The notes under the pieces were generated by a model that saw only the letters and a list, made by a program, of their open reading frames with translations, searched no databases and was not told where the DNA came from. Positions 27,807 to 38,857 of a stretch of DNA of 64,000 nucleotides are shown piece after piece (within the stretch, counting starts at the first letter, position 1; every line of letters begins with the position of its first letter). The position numbers and the translations under genes are program-made. The stretch is from Nitrospirota bacterium (GTDB taxonomy: Bacteria; Nitrospirota; UBA9217), in assembly GCA_963818475.1 (NCBI GenBank), contig CAWFSF010000005.1, forward strand, positions 96,001-160,000. The letters are read 5' to 3'.

Positions 27807-28498
27807 ACGTCTCCATCCACATAGTACCCTACTCCTCGACGGGTCTTTATGTAGACCGGATCGGAAGGATCGTCTTCGATCTGGGTCCGGAGTCTCCGGA
27901 TGTGGACATCGACGGTCCTAGGTTCGATGAAGGCCTCCCCCTTCCAGACGGCATCGACCAGCTGTTCACGACTGAACACCTTGCCTTTTCTAATAACCAG
28001 ATATACCAGCAGTTTGAACTCGGTCGCGCTAAGCTCCAGCGGGGTTTTGCCCTTGATAACGCCGTGGGTCTCGAGGTTGATGAGCAAATTGCCGATGCTG
28101 ATTGATTTTTCCGTTGTTGGTTTTTCTCCTGTCCTTCTTAAAACGGCTTTTATGCGCGCAATAAGCTCTCTCGAACTGAACGGCTTTGTCATATAATCAT
28201 CGGCGCCGCTTTCCAGTCCTATGACCCTGTCCACCTCTTCGCCTTTCGCGGTAAGCATGATAATGGGAGTATTGGCAGTTTTGGCATCGTTCCTGATGAT
28301 ACGGCACAGTTCCACCCCCTGTATGCCGGGGAGCATGAGATCGAGGACCACGAGATCGAACCGGTCCTTTCTGATCTTATGGAGAGCTGCTTCGCCGTCG
28401 GTTGCCGTCGTGACCCTGAAGCCGTCCTTTTTCAGATTGTACGACACGAGGTCAACAATATCCGGTTCATCGTCAACGATCAGTATTTTATCATTCAT
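27803..28498 (-). CDS. phoB: Phosphate regulon response regulator
   Basis: OmpR family REC plus wHTH (RTVDVHIRRLR); coupled to phoR; pst context. Confidence 0.9.
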   Translation of the reverse strand: MNDKILIVDDEPDIVDLVSYNLKKDGFRVTTATDGEAALHKIRKDRFDLVVLDLMLPGIQGVELCRIIRNDAKTANTPIIMLTAKGEEVDRVIGLESGADDYMTKPFSSRELIARIKAVLRRTGEKPTTEKSISIGNLLINLETHGVIKGKTPLELSATEFKLLVYLVIRKGKVFSREQLVDAVWKGEAFIEPRTVDVHIRRLRTQIEDDPSDPVYIKTRRGVGYYVDGDV

Positions 28499-28750
28499 GG
28501 GCGTAGTTATACCATTTACCATTACGAGAATTCAAGAGGAGCGAAAAGATTTAACAGAACCGTAACATTCGTCAAAATGGGGATTTTGCCGGAGCGTATA
28601 GGACTGCCAGGGTACTGTAGGGATAGGAGCGAGGGCTGACGAGAAAAACATGATTGGGCGGTGTTACGTTTATGTCACGCCGAGACCGGAGGAACGATGT
28701 AAAAAAGCTTCCATGCAGTTCACTTGGAAGTTGTGCGGTTATTGTTAATA

Positions 28751-28837
28751 TGGTGCCGAAGGGGGGAATCGAACCCCCATGGGATTGCTCCCACTGCGCC
28801 CTGAACGCAGCGCGTCTACCAGTTCCACCACTTCGGC
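28751..28837 (-). tRNA. tRNA-Leu(CAG)
   Basis: GCCGAAG acceptor stem, CTGCG-TTCAGGG-CGCAG anticodon arm, long variable arm, GGTTCGATTCC, encoded CCA. Confidence 0.97.
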
Positions 28838-28846
28838 ATGGCGTGT

Positions 28847-28875
28847 AATATAAAGACAATGCGGTGGATTGTCAA
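28847..28875 (-). promoter_or_regulatory. Sigma70 promoter of tRNA-Leu
   Basis: TTGACA-N17-TATATT. Confidence 0.8.
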
Positions 28876-28891
28876 GGATGTTTTTACAGGA

Positions 28892-30300
28892 TGTCAACCC
28901 AAAGTAGAAATGTCCTACTCTTACCAAGATAGAAATGTCCGCTTTTAGGAAGCAATTGGAAATTGTACATTTGCTCTGCGGAGTCTCTTCCATGGATGAT
29001 CTGATGGTTGATACCGACTTGTCGGTTTCTTATTGACTGCCGGTGTTTTAGGGTTTTCTTTCGCTGGCCGTGTTTTGATCTCCCGATATGTTAATTCCAA
29101 GCCCCTGTGAGTGATATGCAGAGATCCATCGAGTCGTTCTTCCACTGCGACCTTTTGAGCTTTATAGCGTCTTTGATCTGGTACAGTTTGCCATTATACG
29201 CAATGGTGAAATCGTTCCGTAGCGTACGCTCCTCTCGAATGCAGAAGATCTTGTCGAGTTCCCTTATGGATAGCGCGCGTTGGTGTACATCGGCTGCAGA
29301 AACGGGTTTTACCTTGAATTTCGCATTGTATATTGGATGATACTTTATCAGGAATTCGTTTGCCTGCACAACACTGTTTACCCTGGCAAGCCTCATCTCT
29401 TTAACCAATCGATCCTGGAGCGTTCGAAAACTTCTTTCTATCCTGCCTTTTGCCTGGGGTGAATTCGCATGGATGACCGTTACTCCGAGTTCGGTTAGAC
29501 TCCTTTCGAACTGGCTCATGGGTTTTCTATCTTCCAACTCATCCTCGATGCTCTGCTTGGCATTGGATTTATACGTTGAGTGCTTGTCCAAATAGACACT
29601 CTGTGGAATGCCGTAGCGCTTGATATACCGCTTGAAGCTATCCATGGCTGGCATGGTCCCCTCATAATCATAAAAGCGCCCATACACCGTTCCTGTGGCA
29701 TCATCGATATATCCCATTAATACGCTCTCAGGACCCCGGCCTTCGAACCAGGCATGATGGGAGCCATCCATCTGGAGCATTTCACCAAAATGATGCTTCC
29801 TCTCGCGCCATTGCCGGTGCTTTCTACCCTTGCGCTTCTCATAAGGGATGCTTTCCTGATTAAGCCATAGACGGAGGGTTTCGTCGCTTAGCTTGATTTC
29901 ATGAACATCAAGAAGCTTTTCGCAGGCAAAGGTGGGGCCAAAATCACTGTATTTCTCCCGATACAGCTTGAGTGCCTTGTCTTTTACCTTCTGAGGGAAT
30001 CGACGATTCGAGGTTTTGCCGCGGGATCGGTGACTGATGCCGTCGTCTCCCTCCTTCCGTACTCGTTTGAGTATCCGTCGAATCTGCCTGCTGCTCAAGC
30101 CTACAAGTTCAGCAGCTGTCTTCTGCGTGATCCTTTTATCCAATGCTTGGTGGATAATGTGCAGTCTTTTTGTTTCTCTCCTGCTCATAGTGATCATGTC
30201 CATTTCTGTCACAGTACCCTCCAATTACATCAGGGTATTGTAACTTAGAATAGGACATTTCTACTTTGGGAGAATAGGACATTATCATTTTGGGAGTACA
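28892..30300 (-). mobile_element. IS1202/ISNCY-type insertion sequence
   Basis: TGT...ACA ends; imperfect IRs with repeated aaatgtcc motifs; 16-bp flanking duplication ggatgtttttacagga (28876-28891 and 30301-30316). Confidence 0.88.
28945..30224 (-). CDS. DDE transposase (frameshift near 29150)
   Basis: HTH plus GEMLQMDGSHH.WFE, IDDATG and SPQAKGRIER motifs. Confidence 0.92.
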
Positions 30301-30353
30301 GGATGTTTTTACAGGATGTCTTTTACAGGATGTTTTTACAGGATGTTTTTACA
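30301..30353. repeat. Tandem array, 4 x ggatgtttttaca
   Basis: Units at 30301, 30314 (+1 C), 30328 and 30341; a fifth unit at 28876. Confidence 0.9.
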
Positions 30354-30471
30354 TCTGGCGATGTTTATCCGAAGCCGCTGCGCTTTATTGACAGGCACTC
30401 TGCCATCTGCTACCATGGGCCGCATCAATGCACATGAGCCTGAGCAACGAACGACCGCCAAGGAGAATGAA

Positions 30472-30891
30472 ATGGTTGAAGCAAAAGTGACACTGGTCAA
30501 CGGGATGCAATTTTCAGGGACTGCCACGTCAGGCCATACGCTGACCATGGACGCTGATGAGGCCGTAGGCGGCGGCAACACCGGGTTCCGCCCCACGGAA
30601 CTGCTTCTGGTGGGCTTCGGCGGCTGCTCGGGCATGGACGTGATCTCCATTCTCAGGAAGAAACGGCAGCAGGTGACCGGCCTCGAGATCAATGTCAAGG
30701 GAGAGAAGTCGGACACCGCCCCGAAGATCTACAAGGAAGTCCACATCGAATACGTAGTGACCGGCAAGGGTGTGGAGCAGCAGGCGGTAGAGCGGGCGAT
30801 CATGCTCTCTTTGGAGAAGTATTGCTCGGTAGGTGCGACGCTGGCCAAGGCCGGCACGATAACGCACAGCTTCAGGATCGTGGAAGGTTAA
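30472..30891 (+). CDS. OsmC family protein (YhfA-like)
   Basis: GFRPTELLL..GGCSGMDV and SLEKYCSV motifs. Confidence 0.9.
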   Translation: MVEAKVTLVNGMQFSGTATSGHTLTMDADEAVGGGNTGFRPTELLLVGFGGCSGMDVISILRKKRQQVTGLEINVKGEKSDTAPKIYKEVHIEYVVTGKGVEQQAVERAIMLSLEKYCSVGATLAKAGTITHSFRIVEG

Positions 30892-31006
30892 CTACTGACA
30901 ACGGCAGTTGGACGGATCTGAGCGCCGATAGGGCCGGCCTTCAGATGGAAAGAATTTTCATCAGTATCCGCGTTCATCAGATTTTATCCGCGTCCAGATG
31001 CCCTTT

Positions 31007-31663
31007 TCATGCCCTTCTCTTCATCTCTTCCAGTTCCTTTTTCAGAACATCGATCTGCACTTGCATGTCGATAAACCGGTCCGCAATGGGGTCGGGAATG
31101 TGAATGTGGTCCATGAGGGCCTCATCGGCGACCCGTTCGTCCTTGATCCTCACGATCTTGCCGGGAATGCCGACCACCGTGGAATGGTCGGGCACGTCCT
31201 GGAGCACCACGGCATTGGCCCCGACCTTGACGTAGTCCCCTATCGTGATCGGACCGAGCACCTTCGCGCCGGCGCCCACGACCACATGGCTGCCGAGCGT
31301 GGGATGCCGTTTGCCCCGCTGCTTGCCGGTGCCCCCCAGCGTCACCCCCTGGAAAAGCGTCACGTTGTTCCCGACCTCGCTGGTCTCGCCGATAACGACG
31401 CCCATGCCGTGGTCGATGAACATGCCCGAACCGATGGTCGCGCCGGGATGGATCTCGATGCCGGTAAAAAACCGCGCAAGCTGCGACAGGGCACGGGGCA
31501 CAAAGGGAATACGCCGCTTCCATAGCCAGTGCCCAAGCCGGTAGGACAACAGCGCATGGAACCCCGCGTAGGTCAGGACGACCTCAAGCCTGCTCGTCGC
31601 CGCGGGGTCCATGGAAAGCGCCGCGTGAAAATCTTTTTTTATTTTATCGAACGTCTCGCGCAT
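31007..31663 (-). CDS. cysE: Serine O-acetyltransferase
   Basis: [25 protein letters not shown] and GKRHPT motifs. Confidence 0.95.
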   Translation of the reverse strand: MRETFDKIKKDFHAALSMDPAATSRLEVVLTYAGFHALLSYRLGHWLWKRRIPFVPRALSQLARFFTGIEIHPGATIGSGMFIDHGMGVVIGETSEVGNNVTLFQGVTLGGTGKQRGKRHPTLGSHVVVGAGAKVLGPITIGDYVKVGANAVVLQDVPDHSTVVGIPGKIVRIKDERVADEALMDHIHIPDPIADRFIDMQVQIDVLKKELEEMKRRA

Positions 31664-31670
31664 AATTCAA

Positions 31671-31757
31671 TTTCGCATTGCGGATTGCGGATTTCGGAAT
31701 AACTGCATGTCGGCGTTTTTGTTTTTAATCCGCAATCTGCAATCCGAAATCCGCAAT
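31671..31757. repeat. Inverted 7-bp ATTGCGG/CCGCAAT arrays
   Basis: Same element as 1678-1793. Confidence 0.75.
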
Positions 31758-31759
31758 CA

Positions 31760-32374
31760 TCACTCCCTCAGCCACCCCGGCGGGACACCGGCCTTTCGCG
31801 CCTCGTCAGGAAGAACAACTTCGACCATATGCCTGGCCTCGTCGATCTCTGCCTGGGTGTCCTTCAGGGCTTGTTCCACCTGGACGAACTCTGCGACCGT
31901 CGGGGGCGGGGCCAGGGACAGCGACCCCCATGGCGCCAGCAGGTCCGTCCGCCGCTGCTGCAGGGACTGATAACGTTGTTCCGCTTGCCGCAGTTTATCC
32001 TTCCATTCCAGATATCGCTGCCGCCATTCATCCATGCGCCGGCGCTCTTCGAGATCCTGGTCCGAAGTCACTGTTGTCTTCGGTGCAGATCTGACCGTTT
32101 TTTCTTGAGGTTTTTCCGCGCCCTCTTCCTTGCGGGGTTCGGCCCTCTTTTTCAGACTGCTGCCCCGGTATTTCTGCGGCACCTGGCCCGGATCGTCGGT
32201 CAGGTGGACCACACCTTTGTCATCGGTCCACTCATAAACGAACCGCTCCCGCACGGGCTGCTGTTCCGGAGCCGGCGCCGGCTCCAACTCCTGCTCCGGC
32301 TCCGTCTGGGCCGGGGCAAGGTTCGGCAGGGCGAGGACGAGGAACAGGAACGCCATGACGTTTTTCATGTTCAT
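31760..32374 (-). CDS. DUF4124-domain secreted protein with coiled coil
   Basis: Signal peptide; VYEWTDDKGVVHLTDDP; ARKAGVPPGWLR tail. Confidence 0.8.
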   Translation of the reverse strand: MNMKNVMAFLFLVLALPNLAPAQTEPEQELEPAPAPEQQPVRERFVYEWTDDKGVVHLTDDPGQVPQKYRGSSLKKRAEPRKEEGAEKPQEKTVRSAPKTTVTSDQDLEERRRMDEWRQRYLEWKDKLRQAEQRYQSLQQRRTDLLAPWGSLSLAPPPTVAEFVQVEQALKDTQAEIDEARHMVEVVLPDEARKAGVPPGWLRE

Positions 32375-32386
32375 GGGACGCCTCCT

Positions 32387-32866
32387 TTAAACCTCTGGCA
32401 CGATCGTGCAGGCGGCGTACGCGGCGATTCCTTCACCCCTGCCTGCAAAACCGAGCCCTTCGGTCGTGGTCGCCTTGACGTTGACGGCCGCTTGTTCCAC
32501 CTGGATCGCCGATGCAATGTTCGCGACCATGACAGGAATGTGGTCTGCCATTTTCGGTCGCTCGGCAACGATGGTCGCATCGACGTTGTTCACGCGATAC
32601 CCCTTCCGGCTAAGAAGGCCGCGAACCTCAGCAAGCAGCAGAAGGCTTGAGATGCCTTTGTACTGAACAGCACTGTCGGGAAAATGCTTTCCGATGTCGC
32701 CAAGCCCGGCGGCACCGAGCAGGGCATCGCAGACGGCATGGAGCAGCACGTCGGCGTCGGAATGTCCCAGCAGGCCTTTTTCATGAGGAATATCCACGCC
32801 GCCGATGATGAGCTTCCGCCCCTCGACCAGGCGATGGACATCATAGCCGGTGCCGATCCTCATCAC
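32387..32866 (-). CDS. ispF: 2-C-methyl-D-erythritol 2,4-cyclodiphosphate synthase
   Basis: [16 protein letters not shown] and KATTTEGLG motifs. Confidence 0.96.
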   Translation of the reverse strand: MMRIGTGYDVHRLVEGRKLIIGGVDIPHEKGLLGHSDADVLLHAVCDALLGAAGLGDIGKHFPDSAVQYKGISSLLLLAEVRGLLSRKGYRVNNVDATIVAERPKMADHIPVMVANIASAIQVEQAAVNVKATTTEGLGFAGRGEGIAAYAACTIVPEV

Positions 32867-33561
32867 TGCCGCCCCTTCAGTATTTCCTCGGCCAGGATCA
32901 GGTCCTCCGGCGTGGTTATTTTGATGTTCTCGTAGCTTCCCATGATCACGCGGACCTTGCCGCCTGCCCGTTCGACCAGCATGGCGTCATCGGTGCCGAA
33001 GGCATTATGCCGGGACGACTCTTCATAAGCATGCTTCAGTATCTTGGCGGGAAAGGCCTGCGGCGTCTGGATGGCCCAGAGCCTGCTCCGGTCCAGCGTC
33101 TGGCGGACCATGCCCTGGTCGTCCACTTCCTTGACCGTGTCCTTGAGCGGCACGCCGACGGTGACGCATTCGCCCTTCCGGGCGTGCTCGACGACCTCGC
33201 GGATCATCTCCTGCGTCACAAAGGGACGCACCCCGTCATGGACGAGCACGATGGAGGCGTCCTTATCCAGCTTCTGCAGGCCGTGCGATACGGATTCCTG
33301 GCGCTCTTTGCCGCCCACGACCAGCGTTTTCACCTTGGTGATATGGTAGCGTTCGATGATCTCCCGGAGGCAGCTTTCCATGTCCTCTTCGGAGAGGATC
33401 GGGATGATCTCGTCGATCTCGGATGCCCGCTGGAAGGCGAGCAGGGTGTGCGCCAGCATGGGTTTGTCGCCGAGCGGCAGGAACTGCTTTGCCACTGCCT
33501 TCCCCATCCGCTTGCCCATGCCCGCTGCGGGAATGAGCACGGTTACCTTCGACATGTTCAC
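32863..33561 (-). CDS. ispD: 2-C-methyl-D-erythritol 4-phosphate cytidylyltransferase
   Basis: [22 protein letters not shown] and [10 protein letters not shown] motifs. Confidence 0.96.
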   Translation of the reverse strand: MNMSKVTVLIPAAGMGKRMGKAVAKQFLPLGDKPMLAHTLLAFQRASEIDEIIPILSEEDMESCLREIIERYHITKVKTLVVGGKERQESVSHGLQKLDKDASIVLVHDGVRPFVTQEMIREVVEHARKGECVTVGVPLKDTVKEVDDQGMVRQTLDRSRLWAIQTPQAFPAKILKHAYEESSRHNAFGTDDAMLVERAGGKVRVIMGSYENIKITTPEDLILAEEILKGRQ

Positions 33562-33676
33562 CTCCAGGGAGCCGGACCATGGTGCAGGCGGCCGGCCGGT
33601 GAAGCCGGCCTGCTTTCACAAGGCCCTCACGCAGACAGCTGGTGTCAGGAGCGGCAGGGACCGATGCCGCAGAACA

Positions 33677-34588
33677 TCACTTTTTGACGTTCTTCACGAA
33701 GACCTTAAACCGCTTCGCCAGCGGAGCATCCATGTCGATGGTAACGCGGAGCTGGAACTGGTCTTCCTTGCCGTTGGTCACCACCTCAAAAGGAAGGATG
33801 ATCTGGCTGTCCTCCATGTGCGGCTGTCCCAGGTGCACATTCATGCCTGCTTCGACAGCCTCGTCCAGCGCCGCCATGGCCGGCCGTGCTTCCGCCAGGG
33901 CCGCACCCGCCATCGACGGTTCAGGCTGCGTCCGGTCCAGCGGCGCCGCGCTCGCTGTATCCCCCCGCGATACGATATCGCCGATCGAGAAGTTGTGCCG
34001 CTCCGGGTGCTTCTGCATGTCCTGCAGCACCTGCTTGGAAACAGCCGTGAAGGTCTTAAGCACGCCCTCGCCGGTCATGGCAACCGCCTCGTAAAAGGGG
34101 ACCGCGCGCGGATTCAGCGCCGCGTTCATCTCCTCGACGGAAAGCACGTCGGGCAGATCGCGTTTGTTGTACTGAAGCACCATGGGAAAATCAGTCAGAT
34201 CGATGCCCATATCGGCAAAATTGTCGCGTAAATTGGAGAGGCTTTCGAGGTTCGCATCGAGCATGGCACGCTGGGAATCAGCAACAAAGATGACGCCGTC
34301 AGCGCCCTTGAGCACCAGTTTGCGCGTGGCGTTGTAGAACACCTGGCCCGGCACCGTGTAGAGATGGAAGCGCACCTTGTAGTTCTTGATCGTGCCGAGT
34401 TCGACCGGAAGGAAGTCGAAGAAGAGCGTCCGGTCGGTTTCCGTGGCGAGCGAGATGAGTTTGCCTCGCTGCGTCGGCGCGATGCGGTGATAGATCAGGT
34501 GAATGTTCGTGGTCTTGCCGCAGAGTCCCGGCCCGTAATACACGATCTTCGCGTTGATTTCCCTGGTCGTGTGGTTAACTAATGCCAT
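33677..34588 (-). CDS. mglA: MglA-family small GTPase with C-terminal extension
   Basis: KIVYYGPGLCGKTTN, TETDRTLFFDF, TVPGQVFY and NKRD; start MALVN at 34588. Confidence 0.88.
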   Translation of the reverse strand: MALVNHTTREINAKIVYYGPGLCGKTTNIHLIYHRIAPTQRGKLISLATETDRTLFFDFLPVELGTIKNYKVRFHLYTVPGQVFYNATRKLVLKGADGVIFVADSQRAMLDANLESLSNLRDNFADMGIDLTDFPMVLQYNKRDLPDVLSVEEMNAALNPRAVPFYEAVAMTGEGVLKTFTAVSKQVLQDMQKHPERHNFSIGDIVSRGDTASAAPLDRTQPEPSMAGAALAEARPAMAALDEAVEAGMNVHLGQPHMEDSQIILPFEVVTNGKEDQFQLRVTIDMDAPLAKRFKVFVKNVKK

Positions 34589-34674
34589 ATGCTCATAATT
34601 ACATAAATCACAAAGTATGTCAATACTGCGGCTTGGAATCCCGTGGCTCCGGGCGGGGGCTCCACTCCCGCGGC

Positions 34675-35494
34675 TCACCGCTTCTGCGCGGTGAGCGTGT
34701 TCAACGCCATGATATGCGTAGCATCGTTCTTGCTGGCGAGCAGCGGCACCGTCCGCTCCAGTCCGACGACGATATGGTCGAGCGAGGTGCCCTCCAGGTC
34801 GGTGATCACGCCGTCGGCCTCTTCGAGGATCAGCATGCCGGCGGCATAGTCGAAGGCGCGCGAGGCCGTGGCCGTCGCAAAGACACTGAGGGCGCCCGAG
34901 GCAAGGTAGGCGAGGTCGAGTGCCGTCGACCCGAAGCACCGCGTGCGCTGCGCCTGGCCGAGGAGCGGCATGAGCCGCGGGATGTCGGCTCTTCGGCGAT
35001 GAGGCTTCGAAGGCCACGATGGAAATGCCCTGCAGCGGAGAGGTCGTGATGCGTGCGCCGTTCTTGTACGCGCCGCTGCCGCGCACAGCCCAGAACTCGT
35101 CGCCCACGGCGAGGTTGATGACATATCCCACGGCCAGCGTGGAGAGCGTTTCGCCGTTCAGAAGCGCCAGGGAGGTGGAGAAGAACGGGATGCCGCTCTT
35201 GGCGTTGTTGCTCCCGTCAATGGGGTCCACGAGCACGATCTTCTCGCCGTCGCCGAACTTCCTGACGCCCAGTTCCTCGGAGATCAGCGTGAAAGATTCG
35301 CCTTCCCTGTGCGCCTTCTCGAGCGCGGCAATGACGATGTCCTCCGCCCACTTGTCCACCGGGAAGGTCTTGTCCCCGCCCGCGCCTTTGCCGAGCGGGA
35401 TCGTGCCGCCCTCCTGCGCGAGGATCACGGACAGTCCGTCGCGCATCTTTTTGCCGATGTTCTTGAATAATTCCAGCCATTGTTCGTTGGTCAT
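34675..35494 (-). CDS. Inositol monophosphatase/FBPase family protein (frameshift near 34990)
   Basis: SEE, VDPIDGSNN, RCFGSTALDL and FDYAAG motifs. Confidence 0.88.
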
Positions 35495-35573
35495 GATAGC
35501 TCCTTCAATAAATGTAGTAAGGGTCAAGTAACAAGTAGCATGGAACGGCATAATGGCGACGATGAATCCCTTG

Positions 35574-37407
35574 CTACTTGCTACTTGCGACTCGGAAGAA
35601 GTTAGCTACTTCCCCCGCCGCCTTCTTCGACATTCCCTTAACCGCCGCCAGCTCCTCGACCGTCGCCTGCTTCATCTTCTCGAGGCTGCCGAAATGCCGG
35701 AGCAGCGCCTTTTTCCTCGTTTCGCCGATGCCGGGGATGTCGTCGAGCTCGGACCTGATGGCGCGCTTCTCGCGCAGTTTCCGGTGATAGGTGATGGCAA
35801 AGCGGTGCGCTTCGTCCCGCACCCGCGCGACCAGGTGCGTGATCGAGCTCGTCGGCTCCAGGATGATCGGCTCCTCGACACCCGGGAGGAAGACCCGCTC
35901 GAATTCCCGTATCGTTCCTTCTTCGCCGCTCCGCGCCTTCGCCAGGCCGATCACGTCCGGGCCGTCAATGCCGAGCTCCATCAGCACGTCAAGCGCGGCG
36001 TTCAGCTGCCCCTTGCCGCCGTCGATCAGGATCAGGTCCGGGAGTATACCCTCTTCCTTTGCCTTTGTATACCGCCGCCTGATGACCTCGGCCATGCTCG
36101 CGAAATCATCGGGCCCCACGACCGTCCGGATCTTGTACCGTTTGTAGTTGCGTTTGTCAGGCAGATTATTCTCGAAGCTCACCAGGCTCGCCACCGATTC
36201 CGTGCCCTGGATGTTCGATATGTCGAAGGCCTCGATCCTGCGCGGCAGGTTCCGAAGCCCCAGCTCCTCCTGCAGCCGCAGCAGGATGCGCTCCTTGCTC
36301 TTGCGTGACAGCAGGTGTTCCTTGAGCGATTGGGCCGCGTTGTCCGAGGCCATCTGCACGAGCTCCCGTTTCCTGCCGCGCTGCGGGACCTGGACGTCCA
36401 CGCTGGCGCTGCGCTTTTCAATGAGCCAGGCCTCGAACACCGGGCGGTCCGGCATCTCCATCGGCAGCAGCACCTCGTGTGGCACGATCAGCTCCTTGGC
36501 ATAGAACTGATGCAGCACATCGGCAAGGACCTCCTCATCTGCCATGCCCTGGACATCAGCGATATAAAAATCCTTCCTGCCCAAAAGCATGCCGTTCCTG
36601 ATGAACAGCATCTGGATGTCCGCGTGGCCGCCTTCGGTCGCCATGCCGATCACATCCTGGTTCTCGAAGCCCGGGGAGATGATCTTCTGCTTCTCGAAAG
36701 GCCCCTTCGATCTTCGCGATCCGGTCCCGGAGCTCGGCCGCGCGCTCGTAATCCTGATGTTCCGACGCCTCTTCCATGCGCTGCTTCAGCATGTCGACGA
36801 GGTCGCGGTTCTTGCCTTCGATGAACAGCCGCACCTGGCCGACCATGTCCTGGTAGGCTTCCTTGTCCGCGCCTGCCGAGCAGGGCGCCATGCACCGGCC
36901 GATCTGGTGCTGTACGCAGGGCCGCTCGGGCTTGTCCTCCTTGAATTCTTTTTTGCAGGTGGCAAGCGGGAAGGTGCGGCGGATGAGCGACAAAAGCTCC
37001 CACATGCCGCCGGCCGGCACATAAGGGCCGTAGTAGACTGCGCCGTCCTTCTTCAGTCCCCGGACCACATCAAGGCGGGGATACTCGGCCTTGAGATCGA
37101 ACCGGAGGTAGGGATAGTTCTTGTCGTCGCGGAGAACGATGTTGAAGCGGGGGTGGTGCTTCTTGATGAGATTGGCTTCAAGGATCAGGGCCTCAAGCTC
37201 CGTGTGGGTCACGATGGTCTCAAGGTCCGCGATCAAACGCACCATGATCTCGGTTTTCTCGCCCTTGGAGCCCTTCTGGAAATAGGAACGCACCCGGTTC
37301 TTGAGCGACAGGGCCTTGCCGATGTAGATGATGTGCCCCGCGTGGTCCTTCATGATGTAGACCCCGGGGGAATCCGGGAGGTTCTGGAGTTTTTCTTCGA
37401 GTGTCAT
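35574..37407 (-). CDS. uvrC: Excinuclease ABC subunit C (frameshift near 36700)
   Basis: GIY-YIG (PGVYIM..IYIGKA), RIEAFDISN, DGGKGQ, RDEAHRFA and HhH motifs. Confidence 0.95.
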
Positions 37408-37576
37408 GGCGTATCATTTTACCACGGATCGGGGCCTGGGAAGAAGGGAAGAATGATTGGCCGCGGAGAGGCAGGAATTCCATGAATCGTCCGATACACG
37501 ATTGAATTTGAGCACAACTGGTGCTTTACTTGAGGTATAAGGGAACACCGAACGTGCGGTTCCGTGAGGGCGCACC

Positions 37577-38821
37577 ATGCCGCGAATGAAGGAAAAGATC
37601 TGGAAAACATACAATGTTGCGCTCATGCTTCCCATCATACTCGTGATGTCGGGTCTGTTCCTTTTCATTTTCGTGAACAGCCAAAAGGCGATCGAGGCGG
37701 AACTGCAGAGCAAGGCCAGGGCACTATTCGAGAGCATAGTCCTGATGCGAAGCTGGAACGCCCATCACGACGGCGTCTACGTCGAGAAAGTGCCGGGGGT
37801 CGTGTCCAATCCCTACCTGAAAGACCCTGACATAACAACGGTCACGGGCAAACACTATACTAAAAAGAACCCTGCTCTCATGACGCGGGAGATCTCCGAA
37901 CTCGCCGAACAGCGGGGCGCATTCCAGTTTCACATCACCAGTCTCCGTCCCCTGAACCCCGACAATGCGCCGGACGCGGCGGAGCGAAAAGCCCTGGCAG
38001 CGTTTGAAAAAGGGGAGAAGGAAGTGTTCCTCAAAGAGCGGACCGACGATGCCGTGTACTTTCGCTACATGGGGCCGCTTTATACCGAAAAGCAATGCCT
38101 GGGATGCCACGGCGACCTGGGGTATAAGGTCGGCGACGTACGCGGCGGGATCAGCATCAGATTCAACATAACGAAAGCCGAACAAACACTGTCGCTGAAT
38201 AGAATGATCACGGCAGCCTTGTTCGTGGTCACTTCAGCATCGATGCTGATGCTGGTCTACTTGCTGACGCATCGTCTCCACGGCAAACTGGCGTCTGCCG
38301 AGCAGCGGATACGCGAGATGGCGATCACCGACGAACTGACAGGCCTTCGGAACAGGCGGAACCTGTTCCAGCGTCTCGCAGAGGAGGCGGACCGGTCACT
38401 CCGTTACGTCCATACGACCTGCCTCATCCTGTTCGATCTCGATCATTTCAAGAAGATCAACGACGATCACGGGCATCCGGCAGGCGATGCGGTGCTGCGG
38501 GTCGTAGGCGACGTCCTCCGCCAATACTGCCGCCATTCCGACATCGCGGCGCGCTACGGCGGCGAAGAATTTGCGCTCCTCCTGCCGGAAACCCGCCCCG
38601 CGGAGGCCTCGGCCGTGGCTGAAAAACTGAGGGCGGCGATCCAGGCGAGGACCGTCACGCTTGAAAATGGGGTTGAACTGCGCGTTACGGCCAGTTTTGG
38701 CGTGGCATGTTACCAGCAGGGCAAGGAAGGGGTCACGCATTTAATCGAGCAGGCAGACCAAGCGCTCTATCGGGCAAAAGACAAGGGCCGCAACCGTGTA
38801 GAACGCGCGGAAGGGTTGTAG
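37577..38821 (+). CDS. Diguanylate cyclase with periplasmic DUF3365 (heme c) sensor
   Basis: TM-NPALMTRE..TSLRPLNPDN..CLGCH-TM; GGEEF with RxxD I-site. Confidence 0.88.
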   Translation: MPRMKEKIWKTYNVALMLPIILVMSGLFLFIFVNSQKAIEAELQSKARALFESIVLMRSWNAHHDGVYVEKVPGVVSNPYLKDPDITTVTGKHYTKKNPALMTREISELAEQRGAFQFHITSLRPLNPDNAPDAAERKALAAFEKGEKEVFLKERTDDAVYFRYMGPLYTEKQCLGCHGDLGYKVGDVRGGISIRFNITKAEQTLSLNRMITAALFVVTSASMLMLVYLLTHRLHGKLASAEQRIREMAITDELTGLRNRRNLFQRLAEEADRSLRYVHTTCLILFDLDHFKKINDDHGHPAGDAVLRVVGDVLRQYCRHSDIAARYGGEEFALLLPETRPAEASAVAEKLRAAIQARTVTLENGVELRVTASFGVACYQQGKEGVTHLIEQADQALYRAKDKGRNRVERAEGL

Positions 38822-38857
38822 CTCTCATGTGAATTACGTCTGGAGGATCTTGAGGAT

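Noticed and set aside
30301-30353. CRISPR array
   Set aside because: 13-bp units with no spacers and no cas genes.
33677-35551. 624-aa IMPase-MglA fusion in the ORF track
   Set aside because: An artefact of an indel near 34990. The IMPase C-terminus lies in another frame with its own stop at 34675.
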